The notes under the pieces were generated by a model. The model had not been told where the DNA came from. It did not search any database and saw only the letters and a program-made list of their open reading frames with translations. From a virus (taxonomy: Duplodnaviria > Caudoviricetes), in the IMG/VR virus record IMGVR_UViG_3300033487_000005, positions 1 through 60,514 of that record: a DNA stretch of 60,514 bases; one strand, written 5' to 3'. The position numbers were made by a program, and so were the translations under genes. This document shows, piece by piece, positions 56,783 through 60,514 of this stretch (within the stretch, counting starts at the first letter, position 1; every line of letters starts with the position of its first letter).

Positions 56783-57113
56783 CACGTCCGCGAGCGATAC
56801 CGACGATGCCCGGGGGCGCCAGTCGAGCAGAGACAGCGACGTGTAGCGATGCGTTGGCGCTCGCGATCCATGAGCAGCAGCAGGAACAAATGACCTCTTG
56901 CACGCGTGGCGAGCTGGAGACACCTCTGGTATCCCAGAACAGCTCAATATCATTTGGACCACGATCAATCGTGTACGCCAACACAATGTAAAGTCAAGAA
57001 GTTTGACGTGAATCTATGAATAGATACACGGTGCCGCTTGAACACCTGTGATTCTCCATAGTGATACGGAATGAGAAGTAAGGCCATTCGCCACTGCGCG
57101 CTACCATCGGTCT

Positions 57114-58595
57114 GTGGCCACCCTTGATGATCTGCTTGTCCCTCGCGATCGGGACACGATAGAGGCGATCCTTCTCTCGACCTTGCAGGCCGAGGGCTTC
57201 CCCGTCACTGACTGGTATGTCGGAGGGGTGGCGCGAACCATCCTCAAGATGGTGGCATCGGCAATTCTCGACCGGGAGACATGGATCCGCTACATCGCCT
57301 CTGGCGGATTCCTTGACCTGGCAAGCACGTTGGTGGACCCAGAGGGGACGCCAGTCGAGGGTTGGCTGGAGATGCTGGCAGCCCAGAACTTCAACCTCGC
57401 ACGAGCGCCGGCCACCTTCACGCAGAAGACGTTGACGCTCTCGTGCGCTTCCGGGCAAGGACCGTACACCCGCGCGGCGGGTGAACTCAAGGCCATCAGC
57501 CAGACGGGGAACCGCTACGTCAACGTGGCGAGTGTGACCATCCCCGATGGCAGCAGCGTGACGGCGACCTTCCAGGCCGAGTCGCCGGGACTCATCATCG
57601 ACGCGACGGGGACAATCGACCAGCTGACGACGCCGCTTCCAGGGGTCTCGGTTGTCGACGCGACAACGCAGTTCTCGACGCCTGTCACGTCGTGGACTGG
57701 GACGGGAACCATCGTGCCGTCTGCTACCGGCATGCCTTCCCCGGCGCGCACGCTGAAGGTGACGATAGCGCAGTCGGGCCGCATCGACGGCACTGGCGCC
57801 CCAGTGGCGAGGTTCACGCTGACCGTGTTCACGGCTGGGACCCCGGTAACCTCTGGTCCGTACGACGTGACCGCTACCCATGCGGACGGGGACATCACGC
57901 TGACTTTCGCTGACGGATCCGCAGGGACGAACAGTTTCATCGCCGGGGACGTCTGGTATGTGTCGACTCCGGGACAGCCAACGATCCAGATGGGTGCTGA
58001 CCAGGAGCTACTCGCGACTCTGGCGCAGCGCTGTCGCGACATGTGGCCAGCGCTATCCGCGATTCCGACCGAGGGGAAGTACGCCGCCTGGGCTCGCCAG
58101 TGCAGCATCGAGGAATCGCTTGGCGTGAACCGCGTCGCCACCCACCCGAGCACCGCGGTTGCCGGCGTGGTCAACGTCTATGTCTCGGATGCGCGTGGTA
58201 CGGCCGAGGCTTCGACGGTTGTGGCCATCCAATCCTACATCGACAAACGAAGCGTGGATATCGAGTATGCTGCCGTCGACGCTGCAACGTCGGTGACGAT
58301 CAACCTGACTGGCAAGGTCTGGGTGAAGCGGTCGCAGATGACCGAGGTCAAAGCGGCGGCAAAGACGTCGTGGAACTCGTACCTGTCTGGCGTTCCCATC
58401 GGTGGCGAGATGCCAGGTGGGATTGTCCGCGTCTCGAAGCTGGACCAGATTCTCGAAGACCTTGGCGTCTTCAACTCCTCTGAGCTTGCCATCAATGCTG
58501 GTGGGACAGACGTTGACCTCGAGCTCGACCCGGACGAAGTACCGGCTGCCAGCGCAAGCGGAACCGATGCACTGACCTGGTACGAGGTTCCCTGA
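57114..58595 (+). CDS. Baseplate J-like protein
   Basis: FPVTDW..GGVART, R.PAT, QAESPG, GADQE....L..RC, GVVNVYV. Confidence 0.88.
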   Translation: MATLDDLLVPRDRDTIEAILLSTLQAEGFPVTDWYVGGVARTILKMVASAILDRETWIRYIASGGFLDLASTLVDPEGTPVEGWLEMLAAQNFNLARAPATFTQKTLTLSCASGQGPYTRAAGELKAISQTGNRYVNVASVTIPDGSSVTATFQAESPGLIIDATGTIDQLTTPLPGVSVVDATTQFSTPVTSWTGTGTIVPSATGMPSPARTLKVTIAQSGRIDGTGAPVARFTLTVFTAGTPVTSGPYDVTATHADGDITLTFADGSAGTNSFIAGDVWYVSTPGQPTIQMGADQELLATLAQRCRDMWPALSAIPTEGKYAAWARQCSIEESLGVNRVATHPSTAVAGVVNVYVSDARGTAEASTVVAIQSYIDKRSVDIEYAAVDAATSVTINLTGKVWVKRSQMTEVKAAAKTSWNSYLSGVPIGGEMPGGIVRVSKLDQILEDLGVFNSSELAINAGGTDVDLELDPDEVPAASASGTDALTWYEVP

Positions 58596-59401
58596 TGGGG
58601 TACGAGCAGTTCCTGCAGTCCATGGTCTTCGGGCCCGACTGGTCGCACGGGCCGTGGTGGCAGAAGTTTTGGGCGTCGATCGGAAAGGTGATCGACTCGC
58701 AGAACCTGCTGATGGAGACGGCGTACCGTGTGCGCAATCCAGGCGGCGCGGTGGCCCTCGGGTACTCCGATGCGCTCGACCGCCAGGGAGACGATCGCAT
58801 GCTTCCGAGGGGTGGGACGGACCCAACCGTATCGGACGAATCGAACGCTACCTACGCTGCCCGCCTCAAGAATGCGTGGCTAACGTGGGGGCAAGATCCG
58901 GATGACGGAGCCGGCGCCGGATCGGTGCTCGGGATCCTTCGCCAGCTCAAGATCGCTGGATTCCCGGTCGAGATGTCTGGCCCTCCATACTGGACCGACG
59001 GTTGTTTCTTGGTGAACCACGTCGGGAAGATCTACATCCTGCTCTCTGGTGGAGTCCTTGACCCAGTGGGGACGCCTTCGGTGTGCATAAACAGAAAGAG
59101 TCTCGATGGCACCGTGAGCGGGACGCTGACCGGCTGGACGCTTGATGCTCGCGATCAGTTCTACTCGAAGTGGATGTTGGTCTTTCTCGAGGATGTCGCT
59201 TCGCTGACCAACGTGGAATGCCCGGCCAGATCGCGACTCAACGGCATATGCAAGCGCTGGAAGTCAGGATCTGCGCAGTATTGCGGCGCCGCCATAGTCC
59301 CGAGTACCGCGATCGTGTGGGGGTACCCATACACGACGGAGTGGGGGCAGGCAGATCTCAACTGGGGCACCAATGGTGCCCGTTTCATCGACCCGGAGTG
59401 A
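58595..59401 (+). CDS. Baseplate wedge / tail protein I-like
   Basis: DALD..G.DR.LPR...ES...YAARL..AW..W. Confidence 0.7.
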   Translation: MGYEQFLQSMVFGPDWSHGPWWQKFWASIGKVIDSQNLLMETAYRVRNPGGAVALGYSDALDRQGDDRMLPRGGTDPTVSDESNATYAARLKNAWLTWGQDPDDGAGAGSVLGILRQLKIAGFPVEMSGPPYWTDGCFLVNHVGKIYILLSGGVLDPVGTPSVCINRKSLDGTVSGTLTGWTLDARDQFYSKWMLVFLEDVASLTNVECPARSRLNGICKRWKSGSAQYCGAAIVPSTAIVWGYPYTTEWGQADLNWGTNGARFIDPE

Positions 59402-59405
59402 ACAA

Positions 59406-60095
59406 ATGGCAACTCAGTACACAGGAGACATGACCCAGACGCAGCCGCCTTCTGCGCTGCCAAGCTTCGCTGCCGCACCGATCGGAAACCTGCCGGCCGA
59501 TGGTGACACCCTCAATGCATCATCGGTGGCCCAAGCATACAAGGTATGTCTCGACTACCTGGACTTTTTGCGGGTCAAGCTGGCAACCGTCGTTGGCGTC
59601 CGCACGTGGGACTCGGGATGGGTGTACGCGGTCGGCGACCTGATCCGGTACGCAACGAACGGTCTCTACTACCGATGCATCCAAGCAGGATGGGGGCATA
59701 CGCCGACTGATGTGGCGTGGTGGACACCGTGGGCCCTGGACCTCGGAACGTTGAGCGCTGCTGTCACCACCGGCATCACTCCCGGAGTCGGCACCATCAC
59801 CAACGCGCACGAGATGAACTTCCCGGCAACCACGCACAAAATTCTGTCGTTCAGGCTTGAGGGAATCGATTTGGCAACGCCTGGCGCAGTAGCCTCGGTG
59901 ACGATAACCATTCCTGGGTTCACCAATGTACGCACATCACACGCCACCCCAATCTACACTGACGCTGCCCCCTACGTGACTGAAGTCAGAAGCACGGTGG
60001 CGATCACGTCCGGGTCTGCAATCGTTCTCTATTTTCTGTGCGGTTCTCACGCGGTAACCGGAGCACAATTCAGCGTCATGGTCACTGGTGACTAG
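59406..60095 (+). CDS. Tail fibre-like protein with CBM5/12-like module
   Basis: LPADGD.LNASSV attachment motif; WDSGWVYAVGDLIRY..NGLYYRCIQA......P....WW. Confidence 0.7.
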   Translation: MATQYTGDMTQTQPPSALPSFAAAPIGNLPADGDTLNASSVAQAYKVCLDYLDFLRVKLATVVGVRTWDSGWVYAVGDLIRYATNGLYYRCIQAGWGHTPTDVAWWTPWALDLGTLSAAVTTGITPGVGTITNAHEMNFPATTHKILSFRLEGIDLATPGAVASVTITIPGFTNVRTSHATPIYTDAAPYVTEVRSTVAITSGSAIVLYFLCGSHAVTGAQFSVMVTGD

Positions 60096-60097
60096 CG

Positions 60098-60514
60098 GTG
60101 GCAAGCGGGACGCGCTACGGACCTCGACCGCTCCCCCTGGACATGGGGGCATGCAAGATCCAGAACCTTGGGCGCTCGACCGAAGCGGACGGGGCAGCTC
60201 GGATTGATGACATCCCGCTTGGTATCGGCGGCGGTGCTGGGCTCGTCGCTGCCTACGAGCACGACTTCACCACCGACGCAAATCTCACCATCAACACTGA
60301 CGACGATTGGACGCTGGGCGATGGCAAGGTGTGGAGGTCAGCCAATACGGCCAGCAGTTCGCTCGCGGTAGTGAACGGCGAAGGGATCCACATCTCTGGC
60401 AGTGGCGAGGACATAGGCAACACCAATACGTCTCCTCGGCTCGGAACGTACATCGGCAACCTGACCGACACCAACACGATGGCACCGGACGTCTACAGCC
60501 AACTCGATCTGTGG
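60098..60514 (+). CDS. Putative tail-tip/receptor-binding protein, 5' part (continues at 128-967; ~418 aa in total)
   Basis: GTG 60098 two bases after the upstream stop; open frame MASGTRYGPRPLPLDMG...VVNGEGIHISGSGEDIG joins ORF 92..967. Confidence 0.75.
   Translation, partial: MASGTRYGPRPLPLDMGACKIQNLGRSTEADGAARIDDIPLGIGGGAGLVAAYEHDFTTDANLTINTDDDWTLGDGKVWRSANTASSSLAVVNGEGIHISGSGEDIGNTNTSPRLGTYIGNLTDTNTMAPDVYSQLDLW
60389..60514 (+). repeat. 126-bp terminal direct repeat identical to positions 2-127 (circular assembly overlap)
   Basis: cacatctctggcagt...ctcgatctgtgg at both ends; reading frame continues across the join. Confidence 0.95.

Larger units (their letters stand above)
1..60514. mobile_element. 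Complete circular tailed dsDNA bacteriophage genome (Mu-like head, contractile tail, non-transposable)
   Basis: Full packaging, head, tail, baseplate and replication gene set; terminal overlap; no host housekeeping genes. Confidence 0.95.

Noticed and set aside
1-60514. Genome-wide stop codon reassignment
   Set aside because: TGA and TAG end many well-defined genes with coupled overlaps; only one suspicious in-frame TGA was found.

Overview
The window looks like one complete, circular, GC-rich tailed dsDNA phage genome of about 60.4 kb. Bases 2-127 equal 60389-60514, and a gene reads in frame across that join. It has a Mu-like head (TerS, TerL, DUF935-type portal, F-like protein, I-like protease, T-like capsid), a contractile tail with baseplate, and tail-tip genes followed by an atypical lysis-position cassette. 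Replication and recombination genes include an initiator, a Toprim primase-DnaB helicase fusion, SSB, a PD-(D/E)xK exonuclease, and HNH and GIY-YIG nucleases. There are two DNA methyltransferases and about 60 small early/middle genes. I saw no integrase, transposase, reverse transcriptase or CRISPR array. The host is inferred to be Myxococcota-like, from a myxobacterial-type sigma-region-4 protein and the GC content. Best leads: (1) a promoter-driven, ~420-nt, highly nested and pseudoknotted candidate ncRNA at ~9.0-9.42 kb; (2) early genes punctuated by three 47-nt covarying double-hairpin elements and a duplicated 28-bp promoter/RBS; (3) methyltransferase and PAPS-reductase genes each preceded by a stub copy of the 5' end of a downstream NDT-like gene; (4) an in-frame UGA inside the baseplate wedge gene; (5) a signal-peptide-bearing paralogue of a tail-tip protein; (6) degenerate tRNA-like RNAs. 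All product calls come from motifs recognised by eye; no searches or folding programs were run.
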